Sequence record: PP496439.1
Direction: 5' to 3' (one strand)
Length of the DNA: 64,000 nt
The notes beneath the pieces were generated by a model. That model did not search any database. It was not told the origin of the DNA and saw only the letters and a program-made list of their open reading frames with translations. Of the stretch, positions 45,460 through 55,420 are shown piece by piece (position 1 is the stretch's first letter; every line of letters starts with the position of its first letter). A program made the position numbers and the translations under genes.

Positions 45460-46948
45460 GGCGTTCTCCGTCGGCGTACGGTTACTGGGGCGCCTGTGGT
45501 GGGAGCCTGCCAGCGGCAAGCATCGGCGGTTCGCCACGGTCAATCTGCCCCACGCCGCGCTCACGCTGTACATGGCAGATAGTGCGGGTGGTACGCAACT
45601 GAGTGTGACCACCCGTCTGAGCCGCCGCACATCCAAGAAAGAGAAGAAGCCCAAGTCCGCGTATATAGACCTTGGACACTATCTCGACTACCAACATGCC
45701 AGCAAGGCAGCGCTTGGGAAGCTCAAAGAGTTTCTCGACAATAATCCGGAGCACTGTGTCATGCCTGAAGTCAACACCGCAACAAAGCTGGACATCACGC
45801 TGGATCAGATGAAGTCGTTACTCGACGCTGCCGGGGTGAAAGAACATACTGCTGACACCCTGTGCCGCGTGTTCATGCCGGTCCCAATCAAAGGTGATCC
45901 TACCGATGGTCAGTCCAAACTCTCCATTGCGCTGGCAAAGCTGACCGACGACATCGACGCGATCTCCGGGATGTTCGACGCGGCAGAAGGTTTTACCGCC
46001 ATGGACTTCTGTCAGGCGGACGTGGCCTTCCAGAAGTTAATGCGACTGATCAACATCAAACCCCATGACCTGGACTCGGGTGGCGAAGAGATCAGCAAGT
46101 CGATCAATCGTTTGGTCACCAGCATGTGGCGGTTCAAGATTGATCCGGCGCCCTATCTGCTGGAACTGGGTTTGGACCCAGATCAGTCCACTGTGCTTGC
46201 CATGGAGAAGAAGCTGGTGGAAGTGTACGATGTTGAACCTGAGTTCACGCAGATGATGGAGTCCCAGTTGTCTAAGGCAGACATAGTTCGGGCTAACCAG
46301 CTTCGGTGGGGTTCAACAGACCTGAAACGTTACTTGCGAGACAACGGGTTACATATCCGTATGATCTTTAGCGACCCCGACAAAACCCCCTACGTAAAAC
46401 GGTCCGTGTTCGTGTGCGATCTTGATGTCGTCAGCGTGGACGCGTTGGTAGATTCAGGTATTCTTTCGGCCAGTACCACTGAGCCTGATCTCATGTACCG
46501 AGCTTTCAACAGTCAGACGTGGAACCGTAAGCAAGCTCGTTACCTAGTCATCCAGAAAGAGACGTGGGATTTCCTTGATGCCAAAGGGTTAGAGTCCTTG
46601 GAAATTGAGGTAGCAGGATTACAACCGCATGTACTGGAAGGGTATGTTACACCGGAAAATGGAGAGTGGCCGGAAGATGTTGCCAACTATTTGGTAGACC
46701 TGGGATTCCGGAAACACGGGCATGCAGGTAGTGAATGTTACGTCATGCGACAACCATCTGGGATTAGCAAGAACGATTTCATTCGTAATCTGATCGACGC
46801 CCGTGTACTTCGGGTCGACGGTACAGGGCACTATGCCAAAGTACGAGCCTTCACCGACGGTTTCAAGTCGAAGATTTACAAGTCCGACATCGATGAGTAT
46901 CTGATCCTCCACGTTGACAACTGGCAGACGTCGTCCACGGCGCGCTGA
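45416..46948 (+). CDS. Hypothetical protein
   Basis: 510 aa followed by a terminator. Confidence 0.7.
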   Translation: MPNRKERPAYSQPAKAFSVGVRLLGRLWWEPASGKHRRFATVNLPHAALTLYMADSAGGTQLSVTTRLSRRTSKKEKKPKSAYIDLGHYLDYQHASKAALGKLKEFLDNNPEHCVMPEVNTATKLDITLDQMKSLLDAAGVKEHTADTLCRVFMPVPIKGDPTDGQSKLSIALAKLTDDIDAISGMFDAAEGFTAMDFCQADVAFQKLMRLINIKPHDLDSGGEEISKSINRLVTSMWRFKIDPAPYLLELGLDPDQSTVLAMEKKLVEVYDVEPEFTQMMESQLSKADIVRANQLRWGSTDLKRYLRDNGLHIRMIFSDPDKTPYVKRSVFVCDLDVVSVDALVDSGILSASTTEPDLMYRAFNSQTWNRKQARYLVIQKETWDFLDAKGLESLEIEVAGLQPHVLEGYVTPENGEWPEDVANYLVDLGFRKHGHAGSECYVMRQPSGISKNDFIRNLIDARVLRVDGTGHYAKVRAFTDGFKSKIYKSDIDEYLILHVDNWQTSSTAR

Positions 46949-46961
46949 CCGAGTGACCAAG

Positions 46962-46992
46962 AGCCCTGTGCCAGTACGGACGGGGCTTTTTT
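46962..46992 (+). terminator. Intrinsic terminator
   Basis: AGCCC...GGGCT plus a T-tract. Confidence 0.7.
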
Positions 46993-47009
46993 GCATCTGA
47001 AAATAAATG

Positions 47010-47039
47010 TTGCACGCCGTAATGCCCATGTGCTATACT
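47010..47039 (+). promoter_or_regulatory. Sigma70-type promoter with extended -10
   Basis: TTGCAC, 18-bp spacer, TG-c-TATACT, preceded by A-rich UP-like AAAATAAA. Confidence 0.7.
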
Positions 47040-47084
47040 GGAATCACGGGAACTCCCCGCCACTATCCCACTGAGGAAAACGCC

Positions 47085-47348
47085 ATGACTACTACCCAGA
47101 TGAAAGCCCCAGCCCGCCCGGTCCAGTATCAGGTCGCTGTCGCCATTTTCATTACGTGCACCGCAATCTCCGTCGTGATCGGTTTGCACCACTTGTTCTG
47201 GATGATGGTGTTCGGCTTCACCCCGGCAGGTGTGGTTGACTTTTCTTCACCGATCATCTTCGGCCATGCCAACGTCACCGCCCCACTCCTGATCGTCACG
47301 GCTCTGGTTGCCGTGTTCACTTGGCAGCTCGTTGACGTGGAGGCTTGA
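47085..47348 (+). CDS. Small membrane protein
   Basis: Start revised to 47085 (GAGGA SD). Two hydrophobic segments. Confidence 0.65.
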   Translation: MTTTQMKAPARPVQYQVAVAIFITCTAISVVIGLHHLFWMMVFGFTPAGVVDFSSPIIFGHANVTAPLLIVTALVAVFTWQLVDVEA

Positions 47349-47350
47349 TC

Positions 47351-47692
47351 ATGGGCCATCGCAGCAAGTTCCCATCGCTGGACAAGCAGGCCCGTGAACT
47401 GGAAGCCATGCGCAAGTATCTGGGCTTGGGTACATCGGTCGTCACCCCGCTAGTCGAACAGAATCTGGTTCCAGTCACCACTGTCAAGCGGGCAGGTTGG
47501 AACGTGAGCATGTGGATCATGCCGAAAGATGGATACGTCCCCGAGTTTCTGGAAGTGTTCATTACCCTCATGGACAGACAGCTCGCTTGGGACTCGGCGA
47601 TTCAGTCGATCCCTAAGACCCACAAGCTGCACTTCATCGTTGACTGCATCTACGTTTACGAAGTCAAAGAATGGCACCCGGAGAACAACTGA
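47351..47692 (+). CDS. Hypothetical protein
   Basis: GGAGG SD, coupled to neighbours. Confidence 0.65.
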   Translation: MGHRSKFPSLDKQARELEAMRKYLGLGTSVVTPLVEQNLVPVTTVKRAGWNVSMWIMPKDGYVPEFLEVFITLMDRQLAWDSAIQSIPKTHKLHFIVDCIYVYEVKEWHPENN

Positions 47693-47949
47693 TGAATGCC
47701 CAAGAAAGAGCTGCACCCAAGTTCGTGATCAAGAAAGACGGAAAGTATCACGCCGGTTCTTCTTACGCCACGGGGTACGGCTACCGCAACAGCTGGAGCA
47801 AGACGATCGAGGGTGCACGAATCTTCGTCCCGGCAAACTCCCGTGTTAATAGTGACGCCGGTGCGCTTGAGAATATCACCGCCCGGTTGAAAGGCAAGAT
47901 CATTCAAGTTACCCTCAATGCAGCTAACCGATACGTAGAGGTACTCTGA
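47692..47949 (+). CDS. Hypothetical protein
   Basis: Start revised to 47692 (TGATG overlap). Confidence 0.65.
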   Translation: MNAQERAAPKFVIKKDGKYHAGSSYATGYGYRNSWSKTIEGARIFVPANSRVNSDAGALENITARLKGKIIQVTLNAANRYVEVL

Positions 47950-47950
47950 C

Positions 47951-48379
47951 ATGCAACTGACCAATCAGCAACTGACCGCCCGTGAAAAAGAGTACTGTGT
48001 GAACCGCTTGAAAGGTTACCGCAATGAGATCAAGACGCTGCGCAACTGGGAGCATCGGGACAAGGTCAAGCGGCCGCATCGCGTCCCTAGTCTTCGTGCA
48101 CAGCGCATCAATGACATCCGCCGGGCGGTGTTCTACCGAGGCATCCTGCGCGGCACCGTTGAACTGCCGCTTGCCAATCTGGGCCACAACCGATTCATCA
48201 CGCCCGCCGTGCCACTCGGATACACCATCACCCAGAACCGAGACGGCGTGTGGGGATGGGAGTCCGCCACTGCCCCCGAGTCGCATCGCAAGTCTGGCTT
48301 CGATATGTATCTAGTGGCGCTAATGGATTGCGTCCGGGCACAAGGTCCGACCTACGCCGCTGCCGCCGTATCGTACTAA
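47951..48379 (+). CDS. Hypothetical protein
   Basis: 142 aa with a GAGG SD. Confidence 0.65.
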   Translation: MQLTNQQLTAREKEYCVNRLKGYRNEIKTLRNWEHRDKVKRPHRVPSLRAQRINDIRRAVFYRGILRGTVELPLANLGHNRFITPAVPLGYTITQNRDGVWGWESATAPESHRKSGFDMYLVALMDCVRAQGPTYAAAAVSY

Positions 48380-48384
48380 CAGAC

Positions 48385-48415
48385 AGCCCATGTGGTTTCG
48401 GCCCATGGGCTTTTT
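48385..48415 (+). terminator. Intrinsic terminator
   Basis: AGCCCATG...CATGGGC plus TTTTT. Confidence 0.8.
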
Positions 48416-48422
48416 CCTCTTT

Positions 48423-48429
48423 GTAAATA
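48423..48429 (+). promoter_or_regulatory. GTAAATR element
   Basis: GTAAATAGTCCG right after the terminator, about 28 nt before 48458. Confidence 0.55.
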
Positions 48430-48457
48430 GTCCGCATAACCCAACGAGGTACCTGCT

Positions 48458-48949
48458 ATGAAATTTCCAACGACTAACGATGTGGTAGAGATGTTGACCA
48501 ACTCTGAATGGTATGTGATGACCATCGGATGGATACTTGTCTTCGTGATCGCCATGCAGTTCTCATGGATCCTCTGGAACGTGGTGCTCCGCTTCCTCAA
48601 GTGTTATGCTAGAGGGTTCAGCTTTGGGCTGATGACTACCTACGTGGCTATCCGTTCTGGCGCGCCGATCCAGTACGTCCTGTTCTATCTCTTGGTTGAG
48701 ACGATATTACTTGCACCTTTCCATTTTATACGAGAGGAGATGTTCTCTGGTGTTCATTACTCCAGTATGACTCTGGCCAACGGCGGTACATGGTCCGGGA
48801 CCTTCCAGTGGTACATCCGTAAGGAGATAACCCGCAAAAGCTGGAACCAATGGGAAGCAGAGACGCTGGAGGAAAAAGCCAAGCGGGCAGAGATCGCTAA
48901 GCGTAACCGTGAAGACTATCTGCGTGACCCTGACAACTTCGACGTGTGA
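48458..48949 (+). CDS. Membrane protein
   Basis: 163 aa with hydrophobic N-terminal segments and a GAGG SD. Confidence 0.7.
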   Translation: MKFPTTNDVVEMLTNSEWYVMTIGWILVFVIAMQFSWILWNVVLRFLKCYARGFSFGLMTTYVAIRSGAPIQYVLFYLLVETILLAPFHFIREEMFSGVHYSSMTLANGGTWSGTFQWYIRKEITRKSWNQWEAETLEEKAKRAEIAKRNREDYLRDPDNFDV

Positions 48950-48958
48950 GATCCCCGA

Positions 48959-49636
48959 GTGAATATATTCTTCGTCCACGCTGATCCTGTTATTGCCGCA
49001 AGCATGCTCTGCGACCAGCATGTGACTAAGATGATAACCGAGTCAATCCAGATGCTGTGTACGGCGCACCGATGGTTCGGTAACGAAGATATGCCGTATG
49101 CCTCGATGAACCCGAACCATCGGTGCAACATCTGGGTCCGGGAGTCCACTGAGAACTATCGGTGGTTATGGCGGCACGCCCATGCGCTGGCGCTGGTGGC
49201 AGCGTCCCGATACGGGGCTGTACGCTCGCAGGCGGTGACTTTGTTGTCCCGACTGATCGATGCCCCGGCTGGCGTCGAACGCGGCGCCTTGACGATCCCA
49301 GCGGCTGCTATAAGTGAGCCGCCCGGTTCCCCAATCCCACCGGAGTACTTGCAAGCATGGCGGGAGAGTGTGGTGTGCTTCGAGTCTGCCGTCGTTGCTT
49401 ATCGCCAATTCTATGTTCAACAGAAGTCGGTGTTTGCTCGTTGGTCTGGTTCGGCACCCGCATGGTATATCCAAGGTTTGCGGCAGTACAGACTCATGCA
49501 CCGACTTCGTGAACGAGACCCTAAACGACCGTGGCCGCGAGGCATGACCAAACCTGATACCTCAGTGCAATTTCGGTCGCACCCTACCCTAAGTGATTGG
49601 AAGCACTTCCCTAATGAACAAGAGGACCTTGTATGA
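48959..49636 (+). CDS. Pyrimidine-dimer DNA glycosylase (DenV/Pyr_excise-like family)
   Basis: MNIFFVHADP...LCDQHVTKMITESIQML...NHRCNIWVRES..NYRWL...AYRQFY..K. Confidence 0.75.
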   Translation: MNIFFVHADPVIAASMLCDQHVTKMITESIQMLCTAHRWFGNEDMPYASMNPNHRCNIWVRESTENYRWLWRHAHALALVAASRYGAVRSQAVTLLSRLIDAPAGVERGALTIPAAAISEPPGSPIPPEYLQAWRESVVCFESAVVAYRQFYVQQKSVFARWSGSAPAWYIQGLRQYRLMHRLRERDPKRPWPRGMTKPDTSVQFRSHPTLSDWKHFPNEQEDLV

Positions 49637-49908
49637 CGACCCCATTGACTGACGCCGAACTTCAGATGCTGGTTACGGCTGCACGTGATCAGATGGCTGA
49701 CGTGATCACCCGACACTTGCGCACCGTACTGCTACCCCAGCATACCGGAACAGAGGCGGAACAAGCTCGTATCGTGGCAGAGGACTCCGGGATCGATCTG
49801 ATCCAGCTGGTGTTTCTGCTGAATGGAGATTCGGCCAAGCTGTCCACGCACAAGCTGCTTGAGATCGCCATCCGCTTGCGGCTGCGTCCCGTGTTCACCC
49901 TGACCTGA
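49633..49908 (+). CDS. Degenerate XRE-like HTH protein
   Basis: SGIDLIQLVFLLNGDSAKLSTHKLLEIAIRL resembles the HigA/HTH_37 pattern. Confidence 0.45.
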   Translation: MTTPLTDAELQMLVTAARDQMADVITRHLRTVLLPQHTGTEAEQARIVAEDSGIDLIQLVFLLNGDSAKLSTHKLLEIAIRLRLRPVFTLT

Positions 49909-49922
49909 TCTAGCGTCACCCT

Positions 49923-49959
49923 AACCCCGCCCGGCCATTGTGCTGCGCGGGGTTTTCTT
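49923..49959 (+). terminator. Intrinsic terminator
   Basis: AACCCCGC...GCGGGGTT plus TTCTT. Confidence 0.7.
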
Positions 49960-50014
49960 GCCTCTAATCGCCTAATTATGGATACACTCAGGTAAGTTTA
50001 CTAGGAGTTTAATT

Positions 50015-51649
50015 ATGGCAACCCTTGGATTCAAAAGGACAGTGTCTGCCCCCGTAGGACTGGAACTTTCAGGCAACAAACTCAGTTACAACTGGTATTA
50101 CCCGGATGAAGATTATATCCGGGCTAATTTCCGTAGTCTGCAGGACATCGTGAAGAAAGGTTGGGCAGTTTGTTCCAATGCTTACCTAGTAAACTTCCCT
50201 TCGTTCGGGGAACTGGATGCGTACCATCCTACCTTGGGTGTATCTACAACACCCGTAGTGTCTATGGTAGAACTTACCACCACCCATCTGGCTGGGGATC
50301 ATAAGTACCTGCAAGCCGTCCTGCTAGGTAATATCCCGGTTCTTCTTCTTAGCGATGGCGTGAACTGGCGTAACATCTCGGCCAACAACGCCATTGTCGC
50401 CACGGACCCCGGCGGTGAAGTAACCCCGCCAGCCCCGTTGAACGCACTCAAGATGGCAACCCAGTGGAATGCTATTCACTGGTACGTCGAGACACCTACT
50501 GATATCGTTCCAGGTGCAACTGAAGCAAGGTACGTGTCCAACATGGTTCACTTCGTCGGCGGCGGCGCCCTGAAGACCATTGCGCTGAGTTTCCCGAACT
50601 GGTATCTGTACACGGGTGACGGTCCGGTTGCTAACGGAGGCAGCGCGTTGCCACTGGACAAGGCAGTTATCGAATACAACAGCATCGTTGTCCCCGTAAC
50701 CTTCAACGGTGCGCGGTCGAAGCTGATTCCAGACGGAGCTAGTGACGTAGTGTGCGATGAGATTCCTGCCAGTGCATTCGGCTTGGAAGAGATTCCTAAT
50801 CTGTCCAAGTTGCTGGTGCGAACACAGTTCACCTTTGCGGCGGGTGGAAAGATTGTATTCTCGGATCGGAAAGTAAGCGCGGTACCGGGAACTCAGGTAA
50901 TGGTCGGCAATACGGCCAATACCCAGTTCTCTGATATTGATTTGCCGGGTCAGATTACTTATAGTGGTACCTACCCTGAGATGCGGGTCTCAGGTTACTG
51001 TCCTTTCGTTATCGGACGGCATACCGATCCAGACGCAGTTGCCATCGCGGCCATTGGCGATTCGATCACCGTAGGCGTAGGTGATTATGAGGCCAACCCT
51101 TCCGGGACAGGCTGGTTCCAACGTGTCATTGGCAAGTTGCCGGGCAAACCCGCAGCAATCAACCTGTCAGTGGCCGGTACTATCTCACTGGCGGGTAGCA
51201 CGGATGATCGCCTTCAGGATTACTTCAAATACTGCAACAAGGGTATCGCGTTCTACGGGACCAACGATATGTCCTTTGGTGCAACCCCTGACGGAACCCG
51301 TGACCGTCTGAAGAATCGTGTACTGCAGATGAAATCTAAGGGCATTCAGACCGTAGGGGTTGCCAAGTGCCTGATGAAAACCACGTCTACCGACGCGTGG
51401 GCTACCGAGGATAACCAGACGCTGGAATCAGCTATCTGGGGTGCGGGTAACACCATCGAACAGTTCAATGACCTGTTGCCGTTGTCTGGCTTCGACTTCG
51501 TTATCCCTTTCCTCAGTGTTCGAGGCGTAACCGACAAATACAAGTGGAGACCAATGGGCACCGCTGATGGTATTCACCCCGCTGTTCAAGCGAACAAAGA
51601 CATGTGCGACGAAGCGCTTCCTCTTATGCAGTCAGCCTTCTATCCGTAA
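50015..51649 (+). CDS. SGNH/GDSL esterase-domain protein (possible virion-associated carbohydrate esterase)
   Basis: IGDSITVG (block I), NLSVAG (II), GTND (III) and DGIHP (V). Confidence 0.8.
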   Translation: MATLGFKRTVSAPVGLELSGNKLSYNWYYPDEDYIRANFRSLQDIVKKGWAVCSNAYLVNFPSFGELDAYHPTLGVSTTPVVSMVELTTTHLAGDHKYLQAVLLGNIPVLLLSDGVNWRNISANNAIVATDPGGEVTPPAPLNALKMATQWNAIHWYVETPTDIVPGATEARYVSNMVHFVGGGALKTIALSFPNWYLYTGDGPVANGGSALPLDKAVIEYNSIVVPVTFNGARSKLIPDGASDVVCDEIPASAFGLEEIPNLSKLLVRTQFTFAAGGKIVFSDRKVSAVPGTQVMVGNTANTQFSDIDLPGQITYSGTYPEMRVSGYCPFVIGRHTDPDAVAIAAIGDSITVGVGDYEANPSGTGWFQRVIGKLPGKPAAINLSVAGTISLAGSTDDRLQDYFKYCNKGIAFYGTNDMSFGATPDGTRDRLKNRVLQMKSKGIQTVGVAKCLMKTTSTDAWATEDNQTLESAIWGAGNTIEQFNDLLPLSGFDFVIPFLSVRGVTDKYKWRPMGTADGIHPAVQANKDMCDEALPLMQSAFYP

Positions 51650-51653
51650 AACC

Positions 51654-51686
51654 AACCCACTTCGGCTTCGGCTGGGGTGGGTTTTT
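51654..51686 (+). terminator. Intrinsic terminator with TTCG tetraloop
   Basis: AACCCAC...GC TTCG GC...GTGGGTTTTT. Confidence 0.8.
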
Positions 51687-51712
51687 CATCTTCGTCATTC
51701 GCTTTCGCTCTG

Positions 51713-51719
51713 GTAAATA
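51713..51719 (+). promoter_or_regulatory. GTAAATR element upstream of the DNA polymerase
   Basis: Follows the terminator, about 40 nt before GTG 51760. Confidence 0.55.
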
Positions 51720-51759
51720 GCACGCATGAAAGTCCCCGTTTTTGAAGAGGGTAACCTGT

Positions 51760-54700
51760 GTGTTAATATCCAGAGCGTCATTAGAGAAGTTTGATTTCGG
51801 AAGTCTGTTTGATGATCACGTCAACAACGTCGGCAAACCGTACAAGGTACAGTCAGTAAGATCCACCGATTGGTTCCAGTCCAAGGAACGTCTGCTGGTG
51901 ATCATGGGTCGTCCCAACTACCGGGATGCCAAAGACGAAGTGCGCTGCATGATGGGCGCAGATGAAACCCGCATGGTGTTCGATAACCTGCTGGACTTGG
52001 CTGCGTCCAACGCTGAGGTTTATGCGAAGAAGGCAGGAATCAAGCTACGGTCCCGTAACAAGCACGCGATCATGGTCACCAACTTCCAGATTGCTGACCT
52101 GAGTTCAGCGTCGGAGGAAACAGAGTCCATCGCCAACCACGCGGCAGCTAACCGCGTCTCCATGCTGATCCACGTTACCCGGCCCACCAAGGTATTGATC
52201 GTCGGGCTGTACGCCGAGTCGTACCTTATGGAACGCTCGGGAATCGAGTACCCGGCCAAGAAGCGCGGCAACCCGCATCAGGTTGAGTTCAAGGTTGAGT
52301 TCAAGCCCAACGAGAAAGAACTCAAGCGCATGCAGTCACTGGAAAAGATGCGCTCTAAGGCTTTGGTACGGGAACTGGAGAGCAACGAGTATCACCCATG
52401 GGTAAACTTCTTCCTTGAGGAAGTGGCGCACGAAGGTGCCAAGCTGGCTGACTTCGCCAAGAAGGGTGGCACGTACTCGCTGAGCAACACGGTCCAGACG
52501 TTCTCCACTATCGACTATGACCGGGCGTTCACCAGTGGTTCCGGCGAGAGCGACCTCGATGATGACGCGGTGGTAGAAGCCAACCTGCTCGGGTACGTGA
52601 GCCGTAACATCGCTAACTGCCTGCTGGGCTGCAATCCATTCAGCCTGCGTCATCTGTTCAGTGAGAAGCAACCGTCCGGGCCAAAGGGTAAGCCCACGAT
52701 TCAGTGCCACTATGTCGATACGCTGAAGAAGTTCGACACCCTGTGGGATAAAGTGATGGAAGCGGACCTGGTGTCCCTCGACGTTGAGACGACCGGCTTC
52801 TACCCGCACACTAACCGGTTGCTGTCACTTCAGGTAGCCACTCGTAAGGAGGAAGGTTTCTTCGTCCCGCTCTATCACAAGGACACCCCGTTCACCAAGA
52901 AGGAACTGGAGCACATCCGTCTGCGCGTCAAAGCGTTGCTGGAACTCAAGGTTACCTATCACAAGAACCAGCGCCGCAAGCGCATGATGCTCGGCCAGAA
53001 CTTCGGCTTCGACAAGAAGTGGCTGATGCACTGGTGCGACGTACGCTATCTGTACTGGCCGGTGTGGGACACTATCGCCGGTGAGTTCTGCCTCGACGAC
53101 AACCTCAAGGGTCTGGTGGGTAAAGCCCTCGGCTACAAGTACACCCCGTTCTCGTTGGACTCCATTGTGGCGTCGTACGAGAACTACCACTATTTGGAAT
53201 CGGAGTTCGGTAAGGAAGATCGGACGACCATTGAACATGTCAAGTTTGGTCCAGGTGAACCAGTGGTAACCTATGGTTGCATGGACGTTGTCTTCCCCAT
53301 CGCCGCCATGGAACAGCAACTGAACCGTGCAGAGTGTGAGCACTGGCCGACCGGTAACTACCGAGACACCATGTTCAACTTCATGCTGGCCCAGATGTCG
53401 AACATGATCAAGGTGCAGTCGGGTATGTCGCACCGAGGCATCATGATGGACCAAGGTTACATGGAGTTCCAGCTGAGCGAAGAAGGTGTGTTTGCCAAGG
53501 ACGTGGAACGCCTGACTCGCGAGTTGTACGCGTCCAAGAACGTGAAGAAAGCATCCGAGATGCTCAGGGGAAAGAAAGGTATCCCTCAAGGTTCCCTGTT
53601 CGGTAATGCGGGTGGTGACGCTGCGGGCTTCAACCACGCCAAGCAGGAACACTTGGAGATCCTCTTCTTCGACGTGCTCAAGCTGGCACCGGTCAACGTC
53701 AAGAAGGAGACCGATAAGCGCTCGCTGGACGATGACTTCAAGAAGGCGTACAAAGCCGTACCAGAGGTTGCGTGCTGGGCGCAGATGGGTAAGATGCAGC
53801 GGTTGCTCGATACGTTCATTCGCGCCATCTACAACCACATGAACAACGACCCAGACTACTCGGTGCACAACAGGCTCCATCCCGGCTACGGGTTCAAGGA
53901 GGTTGTGACCGGTCGATCCAACAGTAGCAAGCCGTCGCTCCAGCAGATCCCGGTGCACAGTGCCGAGGCCAAGTACGTCAAGCGGCAGTTCGTGGCCCCG
54001 ATGTGGACCTTGTTCGATGACGCTGACTATAGCTCTCACGAGGTTCGCTGCGCGGGTATCACGGCGTTCGACGAAGCTTCATGCTCGGGCTTCCGCAAGA
54101 TTCACAACATCGTACTGGATCACAGGCTGTATCCATCGAAGGACAACAAGATCGTCCTGCTCACAGCGGGCGACAGCCACAAGCAGAACTACTCCCGCTT
54201 CACCGGTCTGGATATCAAGGAATGGATCACCTTCGACTTGACCGAGGAAGGCAAGAAGAAGGCAAAGGCACTGCGACAAATCGCCAAGACCATCGTGTTC
54301 GGTGCGATCTATGGTAAGTCGGCACCCTCGCTGGCCGCAGAACTGGGTATCAGCGTCGAGGAAGCAGAAGAGCTGCTGTTCAACTTCTTCAAGGAGTTCG
54401 CGGACCTCAAGGACTGGCTGGAGTGGACCAAAGACTATTCCAACAAGCACTTGTACACCTTCGGCCCCCACGGTCGCAAGCGCCGTCTGTTCGGCTACAT
54501 CACCGGCATCAAGCGTACCCAGTCTGCGATGGAACGTCGTGCGCAGAACTCGCCAATTCAAGGCTTCGCATCGGACGTTATGTTCGACGCCGCTGAGATG
54601 TATGCGCAAAAGCAGCATGAGGTGTACGCACTGATCGAAGCCAACCGTAGCCTGCGCAAGATGCTGAGCAAGGAGCTGGAGATTGTCAATCAGTTCCCTA

Positions 54701-55161
54701 CTGGCGCCAACGTTCTGGTTCACGACTCCAGCAAGTCAGAGTCTCCGTTCAACTTCCTGCTGATGAACATGCACATCAAAGAGTGGTGTATGACCACGGG
54801 CGTCCAGAACTATCTTGAGTCCAACTTTGACATGCAGTTCTTGACCCCGTTCGGTATCGACTTCGACATCGGCGCATCGTGGGCAGACATGGAAGGCTGG
54901 GACTTCAACCCGACCACCCTGATCGGACCTCAGCCCAAGGACAAAGATGGTAAGCCGGGTATGGGCATCATTGAGACGGCACTGGAGAACAGTCAGAAGA
55001 TTCACAACTACTCGTTCAACACCGACAAGGTGGCGCAGGGTATGTTCACCAGCTACCACATGCTGCGAGACGAGCTGAAGCTGGATGAACTCTTCCCGTT
55101 GAACATGAAGTACTGCGTGGACAAGGACTGGCAGGTGCCTACTCCGAAACTTCCAAAGTGA
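51760..55161 (+). CDS. polA: Replicative family A DNA polymerase with 3'-5' exonuclease and N-terminal UDG-like domain
   Basis: LDVETTG (ExoI), QNFGFD (ExoII), YGCMD (ExoIII), TGRSNSSKPSLQQIP, DADYSSHEVR, AKTIVFGAIYG, NSPIQG and VHD. Likely start is GTG 51760 after an AAGAGG SD. Confidence 0.92.
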   Translation: MLISRASLEKFDFGSLFDDHVNNVGKPYKVQSVRSTDWFQSKERLLVIMGRPNYRDAKDEVRCMMGADETRMVFDNLLDLAASNAEVYAKKAGIKLRSRNKHAIMVTNFQIADLSSASEETESIANHAAANRVSMLIHVTRPTKVLIVGLYAESYLMERSGIEYPAKKRGNPHQVEFKVEFKPNEKELKRMQSLEKMRSKALVRELESNEYHPWVNFFLEEVAHEGAKLADFAKKGGTYSLSNTVQTFSTIDYDRAFTSGSGESDLDDDAVVEANLLGYVSRNIANCLLGCNPFSLRHLFSEKQPSGPKGKPTIQCHYVDTLKKFDTLWDKVMEADLVSLDVETTGFYPHTNRLLSLQVATRKEEGFFVPLYHKDTPFTKKELEHIRLRVKALLELKVTYHKNQRRKRMMLGQNFGFDKKWLMHWCDVRYLYWPVWDTIAGEFCLDDNLKGLVGKALGYKYTPFSLDSIVASYENYHYLESEFGKEDRTTIEHVKFGPGEPVVTYGCMDVVFPIAAMEQQLNRAECEHWPTGNYRDTMFNFMLAQMSNMIKVQSGMSHRGIMMDQGYMEFQLSEEGVFAKDVERLTRELYASKNVKKASEMLRGKKGIPQGSLFGNAGGDAAGFNHAKQEHLEILFFDVLKLAPVNVKKETDKRSLDDDFKKAYKAVPEVACWAQMGKMQRLLDTFIRAIYNHMNNDPDYSVHNRLHPGYGFKEVVTGRSNSSKPSLQQIPVHSAEAKYVKRQFVAPMWTLFDDADYSSHEVRCAGITAFDEASCSGFRKIHNIVLDHRLYPSKDNKIVLLTAGDSHKQNYSRFTGLDIKEWITFDLTEEGKKKAKALRQIAKTIVFGAIYGKSAPSLAAELGISVEEAEELLFNFFKEFADLKDWLEWTKDYSNKHLYTFGPHGRKRRLFGYITGIKRTQSAMERRAQNSPIQGFASDVMFDAAEMYAQKQHEVYALIEANRSLRKMLSKELEIVNQFPTGANVLVHDSSKSESPFNFLLMNMHIKEWCMTTGVQNYLESNFDMQFLTPFGIDFDIGASWADMEGWDFNPTTLIGPQPKDKDGKPGMGIIETALENSQKIHNYSFNTDKVAQGMFTSYHMLRDELKLDELFPLNMKYCVDKDWQVPTPKLPK

Positions 55162-55168
55162 GACAACC

Positions 55169-55420
55169 ATGACTCAGATTACCAAGATGGACTTCGAGCA
55201 GGACCTGCTGGTGTTCTACCATTTCGTCAAGACAACGCAGGATAGTGAAAGCGCATCTTCCGTATGGGACAGCTTCCGTTACGCCTATCTTCGTCTAATC
55301 CTCCTGAAGGGTATGACATTGCCACCGGCCACGAACTGGACCGAGCAGGGGATCGACAGCGCAGTTGATCTGCAGCTGGAAAGGATCCTCGGCGTGTACC
55401 GGCCACCAAAGGAGGCGTGA
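55169..55420 (+). CDS. Hypothetical protein (paralog of the next gene)
   Basis: Shares W..RY and ID.A.DL.LE..LGV.RP.K with 55425. Confidence 0.65.
   Translation: MTQITKMDFEQDLLVFYHFVKTTQDSESASSVWDSFRYAYLRLILLKGMTLPPATNWTEQGIDSAVDLQLERILGVYRPPKEA

Noticed and set aside
51726-51794. Short out-of-frame ORF (MKVPVFEEG...) over the polA start, suggesting a frameshift
   Set aside because: An in-frame GTG at 51760 has a good SD, so no frameshift is needed.
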